A stretch of 64,000 bases of DNA from a virus (taxonomy: Duplodnaviria; Heunggongvirae; Uroviricota; Caudoviricetes): IMG/VR virus record IMGVR_UViG_2841729706_000003, positions 41,668-105,667 of that record; one strand, given 5' to 3'. The position numbers were made by a program, and so were the translations under genes. Position 1 is the first letter of the stretch. Each line of letters begins with the position of its first letter. Below, in pieces: positions 9,492 through 18,840 of this stretch. Under the pieces are notes generated by a model that ran no database searches, was not told the DNA's origin, and saw only the letters and a list, made by a program, of their open reading frames with translations.

Positions 9492-9782
9492 TTAGGACGG
9501 CTGCCCAGCAGGCTTGTCGGTCCAGTATTTGCCCGACTGAAGCAGGCAGGCCATGCCGTCAGTGCCAACCGCCACCGCGGACCATGTTTCGCCGCCGGGA
9601 GATACGAAGATGACCAGGGCGACTTTATCGGTGGCAACTCCGTAGCTTGCGGGAGTTTCGTTGAACTCCGACTTCAGAACCGAAGCCATCGCCGAAGTTG
9701 GGGCGCAGTTCGGGTCATCGGCAAAGGCGGGAAATGCACTGAGGGATAGAGCGGCAATTGCCGCCGCAAAAATCTTCCACAT
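9492..9782 (-). CDS. Small secreted protein (signal peptide, two Cys)
   Basis: From Met MWKIFAAAIAALSLSAFPAFA (cleavable signal-peptide-like); preceded by CACCACATCGAGGAGCTACC-ATG TIR motif. Confidence 0.45.
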   Translation of the reverse strand: MWKIFAAAIAALSLSAFPAFADDPNCAPTSAMASVLKSEFNETPASYGVATDKVALVIFVSPGGETWSAVAVGTDGMACLLQSGKYWTDKPAGQPS

Positions 9783-9950
9783 GGTAGCTCCTCGATGTGG
9801 TGATCTACGGTTGGTAGCCGTAGGTGGTGGTGTAGTCAGTGGTGTAGGTTTTGGTGATTCCAACATTGGATTATTTTGTTACATTTGTCAATGTTGTTGT
9901 AGCCTAAGCAATAAAAAAGCCCCGCCACCTTGCGGCAACGGGGCTTATGG

Positions 9951-10238
9951 TTAGCTCGAGCGACGTGGCGGCTGCCGTTCAAACGCGCGATCGATGCGCT
10001 CACTGATAGAGTCTATCCGGTTACCGATGCCCTCGATCGCGCGCAGCAGCTGTGCCGTTTGCTCCTGCATGCCTTGCTTGGTCGCGAACACCTCAGCGGC
10101 GTGAACCTTATGCGCGGCCAGATCGCGCTGAGCCTTTTCTCCCTTCTCGCCGGCCTTCTGGATCATGTCGTACATTTTCCAGAACACACCGGACAGCGCG
10201 GCGAAGATCGCTAGGGCGATACCTACTTCGACTGTCAT
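9951..10238 (-). CDS. Holin-like small membrane protein (one N-terminal transmembrane segment plus coiled-coil tail)
   Basis: From internal Met MTVEVGIALAIFAALSGVFW; sits at the start of the lysis cassette. Confidence 0.35.
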   Translation of the reverse strand: MTVEVGIALAIFAALSGVFWKMYDMIQKAGEKGEKAQRDLAAHKVHAAEVFATKQGMQEQTAQLLRAIEGIGNRIDSISERIDRAFERQPPRRSS

Positions 10239-10314
10239 CCTACCAGACCTCGCACGCCTACCGCGAAAGACAGCACGGCAAGCCAGGCCCAGCAATATGC
10301 AGATTTTGCATACA

Positions 10315-10509
10315 TCATGGCTTCACCCCGCACAGTTTGGCCAGCTTTTCGTTCTCGGCCAGGATTTGCCGCGCCGTGCCAGCGGTAAGCTGGTCTTCGA
10401 CAGACGGGCGCACCGCCTTGGCCACGTCGCAATAATTACCGCTTGCCGTCACGCATCCACCTATCAAGGCCGATACGGACATCAGCGTCGCCAAGGCGAT
10501 CCACTTCAT
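10315..10509 (-). CDS. o-spanin-like outer-membrane lipoprotein (Rz1-like), in an alternative frame overlapping the i-spanin
   Basis: MKWIALATLMSVSALIGGC lipobox (IGGC) followed by a short Cys-containing periplasmic segment. Confidence 0.45.
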   Translation of the reverse strand: MKWIALATLMSVSALIGGCVTASGNYCDVAKAVRPSVEDQLTAGTARQILAENEKLAKLCGVKP

Positions 10510-10684
10510 CTTCGATTTTCCGTGCTTTGTTGATTGATTCGAGACGCTGTTGCGCCTGCTTTGCGGCCGCATCGGTCTTGCCGCGGCTATACGCGGCGGC
10601 AAGGATTGCCAGGGCTACACCCGCTGCGGCGATCCAGCCTGCGAACCGCGACCAGAGCGCGGACCATAGGGTGGCCAGCATCAC
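10436..10684 (-). CDS. i-spanin-like protein (Rz-like; N-terminal transmembrane segment plus coiled coil)
   Basis: MMLATLWSALWSRFAGWIAAAGVALAILAAAY transmembrane segment followed by a charged coiled coil; overlaps the lipoprotein ORF. Confidence 0.45.
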   Translation of the reverse strand: MMLATLWSALWSRFAGWIAAAGVALAILAAAYSRGKTDAAAKQAQQRLESINKARKIEDEVDRLGDADVRIGLDRWMRDGKR

Positions 10685-11547
10685 AGCGCTTCCTTGATGC
10701 GCTTGATCTCAACCCGGCCAGACATGACGAGCCACAGACCGATACCGCCGACGGCGAGCAACAGAGCCAAAGCCGCGAAGCCCCACGGCCCGCCAGTGAA
10801 CGCGGCAAGACCACCACTGGTTACAAGGCCGGAGCCGATCGCCATGAGCGACTTGCTCTCGCCTGCCGGAACGTCGTCGGGCTTAGCGGCCTCAGCCACG
10901 ACGTCTTTGGTCTTGACGTCTCGAGCCGCAACGATGCTATCGAGGAAGTTCTTGTAGTACCCGGCAATCAGAGTGGCCTTGTCAGTGCCGTTGACAATGG
11001 CGCGTGCACCAACGGGGTCCTCCTTGCCGGCGCCGAAATACTGGTCTAGGCGGGCGGTGGTGAACATACCCTTCGTCATGCCGTCGAAGAGAATGTGAAC
11101 CGCAGTTGCAAGCTCGAGCGCCTTTTCGGGATTGGCTTCAATACCGAATTTCCGGTAATTGTCGCGGAACGTGATCTGTGGCAGGCCACGACCCCGAAAA
11201 CGGTAGCCGTCCTCCTTCGTGTCGTTGCCTTGCCGACCGCCGTAAACCTTATTGGCAAGAGCGCGAGGATTGCGGGCGTATGGCTTTGCGGCGGCAACAG
11301 AAGCAAACCGAGTAGGCCAAACCTGCCTAATGCGCGCCGCCGAATAGTTGAGGTTTTCTTCGACAGGCTGCATCTTGCCGCCAGTCTCGTGGAATGCCGT
11401 CGCGAGCATGTAGGCCAAATGCTGGTCTGGCGTGCCGCGCTTGTAGGCTTCGGCAAGAATTGCCTCCATGCCGGCCACCTGGCTCGTCGAAAGACGGCCG
11501 CCAAAAGGCGCGCGCCTCGCATACGCGAAGAACGTTGTGTTGTTCAT
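10681..11547 (-). CDS. Endolysin, glycoside hydrolase family 19 (chitinase-like lysozyme) with C-terminal transmembrane anchor
   Basis: GH19 signature YRFRGRGLPQITFRDNYRKFG; C-terminal hydrophobic stretch AALALLLAVGGIGLWLVMSG. Confidence 0.55.
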   Translation of the reverse strand: MNNTTFFAYARRAPFGGRLSTSQVAGMEAILAEAYKRGTPDQHLAYMLATAFHETGGKMQPVEENLNYSAARIRQVWPTRFASVAAAKPYARNPRALANKVYGGRQGNDTKEDGYRFRGRGLPQITFRDNYRKFGIEANPEKALELATAVHILFDGMTKGMFTTARLDQYFGAGKEDPVGARAIVNGTDKATLIAGYYKNFLDSIVAARDVKTKDVVAEAAKPDDVPAGESKSLMAIGSGLVTSGGLAAFTGGPWGFAALALLLAVGGIGLWLVMSGRVEIKRIKEAL

Positions 11548-11637
11548 TATATCCTCTGGAATAGGAAAAAGCCGCCCAAAGCGACTGGACTTCAGACCGG
11601 AAACGAGTTTGTATTTCCGTGGCTTATGGGGGTGGGG

Positions 11638-12498
11638 ATGAAAATCAGGATTTTACTGACGGCTGCTGCCGCACTTCTGTCCAATTCGGCTTTCGCCGAG
11701 GACGCTTCCACTTTCGCTGGTTACTACGGTGGCGCTACTCTTCACCTAGGAAAAACCAAGGACGTCGCTTATGATGCCTGGTACGACCTCGGCGAAGGTT
11801 GGATCGACCGAAACTTTCAAATGGAAAAGCCAGCAGTCGGTCTATTCGGTGGATATAACCATGAAGTAAGCGGCTTTCTGGTTGGCATCGAAGCTTCGCT
11901 CCGGGCGGACACCAGTTCACAGGACACAGCGGCAACCGAATCCTACAAGACGAACTACGTGTGGCCTGACATCGGAGACGAGGTGAACGAACTCGTAACC
12001 AGCGGTGAAACTGGCGTGGCCAAAATAGACATAGGGCCGTACCGAGCAGGAACCACCACCAAATCGTGGACAGATTACAGAGAAACCGCTTCACCCATGA
12101 TCTCAGCGCGCGTCGGAGCAGCTTTTGGTGACGTCATGATTTATGGAAGGGGTGGTCTTGGTGCGTCAGTGCTTTCCGTCCGCAGGCACACAACATCAAC
12201 GGACACCAATTGCCTCGCCGGAATTACTGAGGTGGAATATTCACCACTCCATGCCTCATGGGGGCAGCCAACCTGCGTGGCCACCTCTTTGTCAGAAAGC
12301 GCGACGGCAACAAGCAAAACGTCTCGAGTGGCACCGAGCGTGTCAGCTGCAATTGGCGCGGAGTACAACTACGGAAAATACTTTGCTCGGGCCGAGGCCG
12401 AAGTCAGCCACATCTACTGGGGCAGCGACTTATTCCCAAATGGTGACTCTGGCGCCACCAAGTATCAGCTAGGTCTAGGAGTGGGCATCCGCTTCTAG
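11638..12498 (+). CDS. Outer-membrane beta-barrel protein (OmpA-like/Omp25-type porin family), signal-peptide-bearing; lysogenic-conversion candidate
   Basis: Start MKIRILLTAAAALLSNSAFA (signal peptide); alternating amphipathic beta-strand pattern; C-terminal ...GLGVGIRF ending in Phe; opposite strand to the flanking lysis and tail genes. Confidence 0.55.
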   Translation: MKIRILLTAAAALLSNSAFAEDASTFAGYYGGATLHLGKTKDVAYDAWYDLGEGWIDRNFQMEKPAVGLFGGYNHEVSGFLVGIEASLRADTSSQDTAATESYKTNYVWPDIGDEVNELVTSGETGVAKIDIGPYRAGTTTKSWTDYRETASPMISARVGAAFGDVMIYGRGGLGASVLSVRRHTTSTDTNCLAGITEVEYSPLHASWGQPTCVATSLSESATATSKTSRVAPSVSAAIGAEYNYGKYFARAEAEVSHIYWGSDLFPNGDSGATKYQLGLGVGIRF

Positions 12499-12502
12499 CC
12501 GA

Positions 12503-13927
12503 TCAACCCTCCAGCGCGGCGATGCGCGCCTCAAGTTCATCAATCTTGTCGAGAAGCCAGCTAGTCGCCGCCCAAAGGTAGGGCGTGCGCTTGCCCTGAT
12601 CGACGCCCCATGTCTGATAAGCCGCTTCGATCTTCACTGCGCCCTCGGCGCCTTCGACCGTTGGGTTGCCGTTCGGATCGATCCAGCGAACGCCGCCCTC
12701 TACCCAATCCTCTCCGGTAACCGGGTCTTGCCATCCGCCTTTGCTGGCCAGGTCAGGGGATAGGGCGTAGGATGTCTGCGCACCCCAACCAACCGCATAT
12801 TCGCCGGTCTTTTTCCACGTAAAGTCGCGGACCGGGTCCGCACGGATTATCGCAATGGCATCTGCCGCGTCATACTGTCCGATGAAGTCCTTCAAAGTTT
12901 CATCCGAAGACGTGACGAATTGTGTCGCCGTACCGCTACTGGTTATGCCGCCAACTTGGCCGTTGGGGTTATAAACCATGTGATGGTAACCCGTTCCAAC
13001 GAATTCCAACGATGTTTGCACCATACGGCCACCCAGACCAACGCCACGACTAGCGCCGGTTAGAGAAAGCGTGCCGACTACAAAGCTGGAATCTATCGGT
13101 GAGTACGGCACAAGATAGGCACCTTCATCAGGCGCAACTCCTGAAACACTTGCCGAAGCCTTAAAGCTTATTCTTCCGGTCGGTAAGACTTCTATCGCTG
13201 CCGCAGCGGTAGAACCGCCGATGCCAAGGCTTGTCCACCCGGCAGACGAGTTTCGATACCCGTTCGAATACATCCCCAAAGCATTCGCGCCGTTGCTCCC
13301 GAGATACCCTATAGTTGTCGCCAGATGAGAAAATCCAGGCGACCAGAAATTAGACCATTCATCAACTCCAACTGATACCCCGCGATTAAAGCGCTGGTTC
13401 GATGCCCAGTTGCTTTGTGCTCCATTAAGCACGGGTACCGTTGCTCCAGATGTGCCGGAGTCGAGCACTGCCGCGGTGCCAAGACCGAGTGTAGTGCGCA
13501 TGGCCGCCGCATTGGCATCGTCCAACAGACCTCGCGCCGCAGGCGTGAAGTCTGTCAATGCCGCGACGCCTGCGCCAGTGTAATACGGCAGTTTGTTCGC
13601 CGCGCTAGTGAGATTTGCCAGCGCTGCAAGATTGCCGTTGGTCAGAAGTTCAAGCAGCTGCCGCGTCGTCTCCTGCATACGTGCTGTGTCAGGCGTTATG
13701 CCGATCTCGTAGGCCGCCGTCGTCTGCGCGCCGCCCAGCCATGCATAAGCAAGGGTGAGCGAGGTGTTGCTGTCGACCGAGGCAATGCGGACGCCAGAGC
13801 CCTTGTGCGTGCCGAATAGGTCGCCGGGGCGGATGGAGTTTAGCCATGCGGTACCCTGCCCGGTAACGGCGGTACCGCTAGCCGCAACCGTGGCAGTGCC
13901 TGTGTTGTAGAAGCTGGGAGTTGGCAC
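12503..13927 (-). CDS. Tail fibre protein with C-terminal peptidase-S74-type intramolecular chaperone domain
   Basis: C-terminal SSDETLKDFIGQYD...PVRDFTWKKTGEYAVGWGAQ...LDKIDELEARIAALEG matches the self-cleaving chaperone-of-endosialidase motif. Gly/Ser/Thr-rich fibre body; GTG start after AAGGAGG. Confidence 0.55.
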   Translation of the reverse strand: MPTPSFYNTGTATVAASGTAVTGQGTAWLNSIRPGDLFGTHKGSGVRIASVDSNTSLTLAYAWLGGAQTTAAYEIGITPDTARMQETTRQLLELLTNGNLAALANLTSAANKLPYYTGAGVAALTDFTPAARGLLDDANAAAMRTTLGLGTAAVLDSGTSGATVPVLNGAQSNWASNQRFNRGVSVGVDEWSNFWSPGFSHLATTIGYLGSNGANALGMYSNGYRNSSAGWTSLGIGGSTAAAAIEVLPTGRISFKASASVSGVAPDEGAYLVPYSPIDSSFVVGTLSLTGASRGVGLGGRMVQTSLEFVGTGYHHMVYNPNGQVGGITSSGTATQFVTSSDETLKDFIGQYDAADAIAIIRADPVRDFTWKKTGEYAVGWGAQTSYALSPDLASKGGWQDPVTGEDWVEGGVRWIDPNGNPTVEGAEGAVKIEAAYQTWGVDQGKRTPYLWAATSWLLDKIDELEARIAALEG

Positions 13928-14140
13928 TTACGCCTCCTTCTCGCCGCTGGAGAGTTCCGCAAAATGATCGACTTTGGCCTTCAGCTTTTCGATATCGGCG
14001 GACTGCGCCTCGACCGTGCCGGCCAGTTCGAAGGCCTGCTGAGCCAAGAGCAGATTGCGGTTGCGGTAGAACTCGATGAGCGCCTGCGCCTCGACATAGG
14101 CGGCCTGCGGCGCGATCTGCACCTTCTGGGTGTCGGACAT
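13928..14140 (-). CDS. Small coiled-coil protein (possible fibre assembly factor)
   Basis: From Met MSDTQKVQIAPQAAY of ORF 13928..14188. Confidence 0.3.
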   Translation of the reverse strand: MSDTQKVQIAPQAAYVEAQALIEFYRNRNLLLAQQAFELAGTVEAQSADIEKLKAKVDHFAELSSGEKEA

Positions 14141-14200
14141 GAAAACTCCATGGCTGGAAACCGCCGTGAAAGGGCGGTGTCGAGGCAAATGAATGTTGGC

Positions 14201-15733
14201 TTAGAGCGAGGTCGGAATGCCGAAGATGTAGTAGCGGATACCGAGAGGGTCATCGCCTGCGTCGCGTATGCCGCTGTTCGGGTTTGCTGGATCAATCCAC
14301 GTGTTCCCGCCAGTGCACATGTGAAACTTCACCGACGTGTTGCTGATGAGCGCCACGGTGCCTTCATTGCCCTGCGTCCAGTTCAGACCGGACGAGCCGT
14401 AAAAGACGAGCATTCGGGAGCGTGGCTCCCGATATTGAAGGCCCGCAGTGCTGGTATTCTGCTTCACGATCATCTTCACAAATGGAATGAAGCCGGTATT
14501 CGTGAAACTGATCGTCTTGGCTTTGTTGCCAAAGCGCGTGCTGGTCGCGCTCTCGGTGCAATCGCTTGGGGCCAGCCATCCTTCCGCGATGATCGGGATG
14601 TAGGAAAACCTCGTGTCGAGCAGGATGTCGCGAAGCTTTGTCGATGTGTCAGACGAGCCCGGCCTCTTGATCTGCACAAAGTCTTGAATGCCGTCGTTTC
14701 CGCTGAAGAGGATTTTTGATCCACCCGTCGAAGGCGTCGAATCCTCATTGTCAGCACAGAGCATGTAGCGAACCGTGATCGAGGCGCTTCCGGTGTTGTA
14801 GACCGTAACCGTCGACCCCGAGATGGAATATTCTAGCCCGTTCTCGGTGTTTGCCGCAACCTGACCGGTTGTCGCCGGAGGCCAGATAACCGACCCGCCA
14901 GTGAAATACCAATTCCAGTCCAGATATGCTGTCGCCGGTATAGGGACGGGTGACACGACTGCCGTGTTCCCGCCGGCCGCGATGGTGATCTCACCAGCCT
15001 TCAGAACCTTGGCGTAAACCCGATCGCTGTCGAGGATAAGCTGCCGGCCAGTTGCCGAGCCAACATCAAAGCCCGGCCGAGCGACCTTTACCGTCGTCGG
15101 GTCGATGCGAACATTGCACTGACCCGAAACTGGCGTTGCAGTGGGACTGCCAATCGCTACGTTGTCGCATGGCAATTCCCACACGGTCGATACGTATGTT
15201 CCACCGCTATCTCCGACGGGCGCGGTGAAATAATACACCCATCCTCCAGGCGTCCATCCGTTAGGCGCCGCCGTTTCGCCGCCCCTAGCAACATACCCTG
15301 GCGCAGACACGTGCACGCCGCTATTGCTACCAGTATTGTAAGTGGTGTACCGGCTCGCCCCTGCCGAATAGCGCCCGTTCGACTGGCGCGTCCGCACTTC
15401 AATCATTGGATTGAAAGTGTAGGGAGGTGTCCCGAAAATGCGGTTGACGCTGAACCACCCTTGGCGAAGGCCTAAATAATACGTGTAGTAAAGCGCATTG
15501 CCGGAGGTAGACCCCGCCGGCCCATATACTGGCGTAGAACCGGAAGATTGAAACGCAGAAAACGGTACGGACCAAAGCCCCGTAATGTAGCCGATATCCT
15601 GCATTTCAGAGTTGAAGAGGAACTTGCCGTAATCCGTATTTGGCGTCGTATTCGGATCGTCGGCATTGTCCTTCATGACCTTGACGGCGCCACCGCCGCC
15701 AGAGGTCTTTCTGCCAAGGAATAGACGGACCAT
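14201..15733 (-). CDS. Putative tail fibre / receptor-binding protein
   Basis: 510-aa Gly/Thr/Ser/Asn-rich beta-type protein between the host-specificity protein and the S74 fibre. Confidence 0.4.
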   Translation of the reverse strand: MVRLFLGRKTSGGGGAVKVMKDNADDPNTTPNTDYGKFLFNSEMQDIGYITGLWSVPFSAFQSSGSTPVYGPAGSTSGNALYYTYYLGLRQGWFSVNRIFGTPPYTFNPMIEVRTRQSNGRYSAGASRYTTYNTGSNSGVHVSAPGYVARGGETAAPNGWTPGGWVYYFTAPVGDSGGTYVSTVWELPCDNVAIGSPTATPVSGQCNVRIDPTTVKVARPGFDVGSATGRQLILDSDRVYAKVLKAGEITIAAGGNTAVVSPVPIPATAYLDWNWYFTGGSVIWPPATTGQVAANTENGLEYSISGSTVTVYNTGSASITVRYMLCADNEDSTPSTGGSKILFSGNDGIQDFVQIKRPGSSDTSTKLRDILLDTRFSYIPIIAEGWLAPSDCTESATSTRFGNKAKTISFTNTGFIPFVKMIVKQNTSTAGLQYREPRSRMLVFYGSSGLNWTQGNEGTVALISNTSVKFHMCTGGNTWIDPANPNSGIRDAGDDPLGIRYYIFGIPTSL

Positions 15734-18372
15734 CAGGTGAATATCTCAATGGAGGCATTGCTGCCGTCTCCACGGATGTCGAGCTTGCCGTTGAAGCTGC
15801 GCTGGCGTCGGAAAAGGACATCTCCGATACGGGCATTTTCCATGTAGGCTACTCCGCCGGTGAAGACGAAAGGCGCGGCGTTGTTTGTCCCATCGGTGAC
15901 GACAAACTGGTCAGCAACGAACGCCACCCGCGTTGGTGAAAGGGCAGAAGCCGGCACATCGATGAACATTGCAGCCGATCGGTACGCCCCTGCCCCACCA
16001 GTTCGGGCCTCGATGCCATAGCGGGCGGCGTATCCAGCGGGACCAGCAGACGCCGACATGCGGACATTGACCGCGGCAGAGCTTCCCCCCATCGCGACGA
16101 AGAGCGCAGTTATGGAATCGGCTTGGGCAGAAACTTGTCCGCCTATCGACGATACCTGGGCACTCAGAAGCGTTACGGCCGACGCCGTTGCCAGCGTTGG
16201 AATTGTCGCCTCAATCGTCGTCAGGCGCTGGCCAATGGCCGAGTTCGGCCCCGTTGCTACAGTGATCGCATCGGTGTAGGCGGCGGTAATCTCGCCGGCC
16301 TTTGAAACGAGTTCGATCTTAAGCTGTTGCTTGTCTGTATAGTTGGCGGCGTCCTGATCTGCTGTCCGAAGAGCGAACTGCTCGGCCATCCAAATCAGTT
16401 CACGAGAGCCGTCACGAAGCCACTCCGTGGCGTCGCCGACAAACTCCTCGATGTCCTCGATCATGCCGGGCAGATAGACGTCTTGATCGCCTAGACGGAT
16501 GTCCAGAGTCGTGACGGACAGCCATCCAGACCACTCCCATGGGCGATCTGATCCAGGCACGTAACGGCCACGCACTTGATAGGCGGTCAGCGGGAGCAAC
16601 GACTGCGAAATCAGAATGGAGGCAACAGCCACGTTATCGGTGCGGCCGCGGTAAACTACCGTTCCGCTAGTTGCCAGTCGGACCTCGAACGCTACAGCGG
16701 CGACGTCAACTTGGTCGCCGTCCCACGCCAATAGGATGGCTGGGCGCCGTCCCGAACCGGTGTTGTCAGGGATAGTTGATGCTTCTGCATACCAATCAAC
16801 GATCGGCTGCGGGCTTGGCCGATTAGGTCCAAGCGGGCCAAATACCGGCGGCTTGTAATCGGTCGATGGGTTCCAGTCATAGTCCGCGGGATCGACCTCG
16901 GTGAGGTCAAGCATCACATCGAGATTTGCCCGATCCGCGACACCGTCGACGCGAAACAGCTTGGCTTCGTAGCCATTCCGATTCGACGTCCAAGAAACGA
17001 TGTCACCCGGCTCAAGAATCCATGCAGCGGGCGAAAGCACCAGCGTGTGCCGCCTTGCTCGCCTGCCTTCGGCAAGCGCTGACTTCATCAAGCGCTGGAC
17101 CTGCGTCGAGCGATAGACCATGTCCAACTGGACATCGGCCATCAGGCGGCGATTGCCGTCCTCGGCTTCGAATGTCGTGTTGAAGAGAGCCGGAGCAGAT
17201 TTAGTATTCCAAGCTTCGGCCGGCTCCGGATACGAGGCGTTGATACCGTTGATGGTATCGGCCAGACCAAAGAACGGCGTGAATTCTTGCGATTCCGTCG
17301 ACAGAATGTCGTCATCCGAAAAGGCAAAAACTGGCGCGTCCGGCTCGCCGACGTATATCTTGTAGATGCCGCCGCTTTCCGAAAGCCTGCCTTGGCAGCC
17401 CGTCAGGATGGCGTCGACCGCGTCCGCGATCTGAGCGCCGACGTGGATTTCTCCGCCCGTCAGATACTGCTTTTCAGTGCCTGTCGTAGTGGCAACAAGC
17501 GCACGGCACTTGTTGATCTGCGCAATCCAGTCTGCACTCGGAAGACGGACGCTAGGCAGATTCTGCAGGCCATAAAGCCAAGCCCCACCATAGGTGATGC
17601 CGAGTAGGAGGTTGTAAATCTGGACTGCCGGAAGGTCGTCGCCGTCTCCGCCCCATGTTGCGGGATCGGAGCGGCGGTGCGCACCAGAGCCGCCAGCCGT
17701 CGAGTCCTTCGTGATGTCATAGAGCTTGGCGCCCTGCACCTCGAATTTGAACTGCGGAAATCCGGTGAATAGTTCTTCTTCAACCTGCGAAGTGATGACT
17801 GCATAAGCAACACCGCGACCGACGCGTGTTGACGACCAAGGGCGTGTGCCGCTGGAAACGGTACCGGCAAGAAAGGGGTCCGCGACGGTCTGCGTACCGT
17901 CGTAGAACTTGACCCACATGTGGTTGTTGCTGCCCTTGGCATACTCAACAACCGGAAAACCCCAATCCCCGTAAGACGCATCGCCTGTGTCGATAGTGAC
18001 GGGCTCGCCGTTCACCCAAAGCTGGCTGATGCCAGTGATCGGAACGTCGGAAAGCGCGATAACCTGAGTGAAGTAGGCGTTCGGCGTCTTGCCTGCCTTG
18101 CCCCACGTATTGGCGTAAACCAGAGAGCCAGCCGTAACGGTGCGGCCGAAGACGAACGAGCGCGGCACGTCGCCGCCTGCCTGAAGTGTGCCTTGCACAC
18201 TGAATTGCGGTTCGTCGGGCTGTCCGGCGATTGCTTTGGCGAGGAGATTGAGACCGATGCCGACGGCAGTCTTGAGGAGGAAAGTCCCGATCGCACCAAG
18301 GCCGCCGATAAAGCTTGAAATGGACGCAAACGCACCGCCTATCGCCGCGGCGATACCGGAAAAAAAGGCCAT
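15733..18372 (-). CDS. Host-specificity / tail hub protein (lambda gpJ-like; RcGTA g15-like)
   Basis: N-terminus MAFFSGIAAAIGGAFASISSFIGGLGAIG... and long beta-rich body; position after the DUF2163/g13-like gene. Confidence 0.55.
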   Translation of the reverse strand: MAFFSGIAAAIGGAFASISSFIGGLGAIGTFLLKTAVGIGLNLLAKAIAGQPDEPQFSVQGTLQAGGDVPRSFVFGRTVTAGSLVYANTWGKAGKTPNAYFTQVIALSDVPITGISQLWVNGEPVTIDTGDASYGDWGFPVVEYAKGSNNHMWVKFYDGTQTVADPFLAGTVSSGTRPWSSTRVGRGVAYAVITSQVEEELFTGFPQFKFEVQGAKLYDITKDSTAGGSGAHRRSDPATWGGDGDDLPAVQIYNLLLGITYGGAWLYGLQNLPSVRLPSADWIAQINKCRALVATTTGTEKQYLTGGEIHVGAQIADAVDAILTGCQGRLSESGGIYKIYVGEPDAPVFAFSDDDILSTESQEFTPFFGLADTINGINASYPEPAEAWNTKSAPALFNTTFEAEDGNRRLMADVQLDMVYRSTQVQRLMKSALAEGRRARRHTLVLSPAAWILEPGDIVSWTSNRNGYEAKLFRVDGVADRANLDVMLDLTEVDPADYDWNPSTDYKPPVFGPLGPNRPSPQPIVDWYAEASTIPDNTGSGRRPAILLAWDGDQVDVAAVAFEVRLATSGTVVYRGRTDNVAVASILISQSLLPLTAYQVRGRYVPGSDRPWEWSGWLSVTTLDIRLGDQDVYLPGMIEDIEEFVGDATEWLRDGSRELIWMAEQFALRTADQDAANYTDKQQLKIELVSKAGEITAAYTDAITVATGPNSAIGQRLTTIEATIPTLATASAVTLLSAQVSSIGGQVSAQADSITALFVAMGGSSAAVNVRMSASAGPAGYAARYGIEARTGGAGAYRSAAMFIDVPASALSPTRVAFVADQFVVTDGTNNAAPFVFTGGVAYMENARIGDVLFRRQRSFNGKLDIRGDGSNASIEIFT

Positions 18373-18396
18373 CGATGTATCCTGAAAAGGCGCCTG

Positions 18397-18840
18397 TCAG
18401 CGGGCGGCGAGCGGCTTCATGAAATGGCGCTCAGCCGCCGCGTATCCGCAGCGCTCGTAAAGCTTGGTCGTAATGGGATCGGCACCCAAGCCAACAAGGT
18501 TGGCGAACGAGCATCCCCGCTCTCGAGCCCAGGCCTCGTAGGCGGCAATCATGTGCAATGCTGCACGACCGCGGTGGGCTGGTTCAATCCACCACATGAT
18601 TTCTGTGGCTACTTTGAACGGGCCGAAAGGATGCGCGCCGGCCTGCGCCGCCAATACGCCTTGGGCCGTGCCGTCGACGTCGTAGACGAGGCAAACACGG
18701 TCGACATCTGTCAGGCAGGCGTCGAACACGAGCGAAGCATGCGCAGCATGTAATGCGAACGGCAGTCCCGCCGCGACGTGAAACGACCGCGCCATCATGA
18801 GAACACGCATCTTGTCCGCGACCACGGCGCGCCGGATCAA
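18397..18840 (-). CDS. GNAT-family N-acetyltransferase embedded in the tail module
   Basis: GNAT motif A WWIEPAHRGRAALHMI (R-x-x-G-x-A) and motif B LYERCGY. Confidence 0.5.
   Translation of the reverse strand: MIRRAVVADKMRVLMMARSFHVAAGLPFALHAAHASLVFDACLTDVDRVCLVYDVDGTAQGVLAAQAGAHPFGPFKVATEIMWWIEPAHRGRAALHMIAAYEAWARERGCSFANLVGLGADPITTKLYERCGYAAAERHFMKPLAAR

Noticed and set aside
13964-14719. 251-aa plus-strand ORF across the tail-fibre junction
   Set aside because: It is antisense to two well-supported minus-strand genes and shows typical GC-rich antisense composition.
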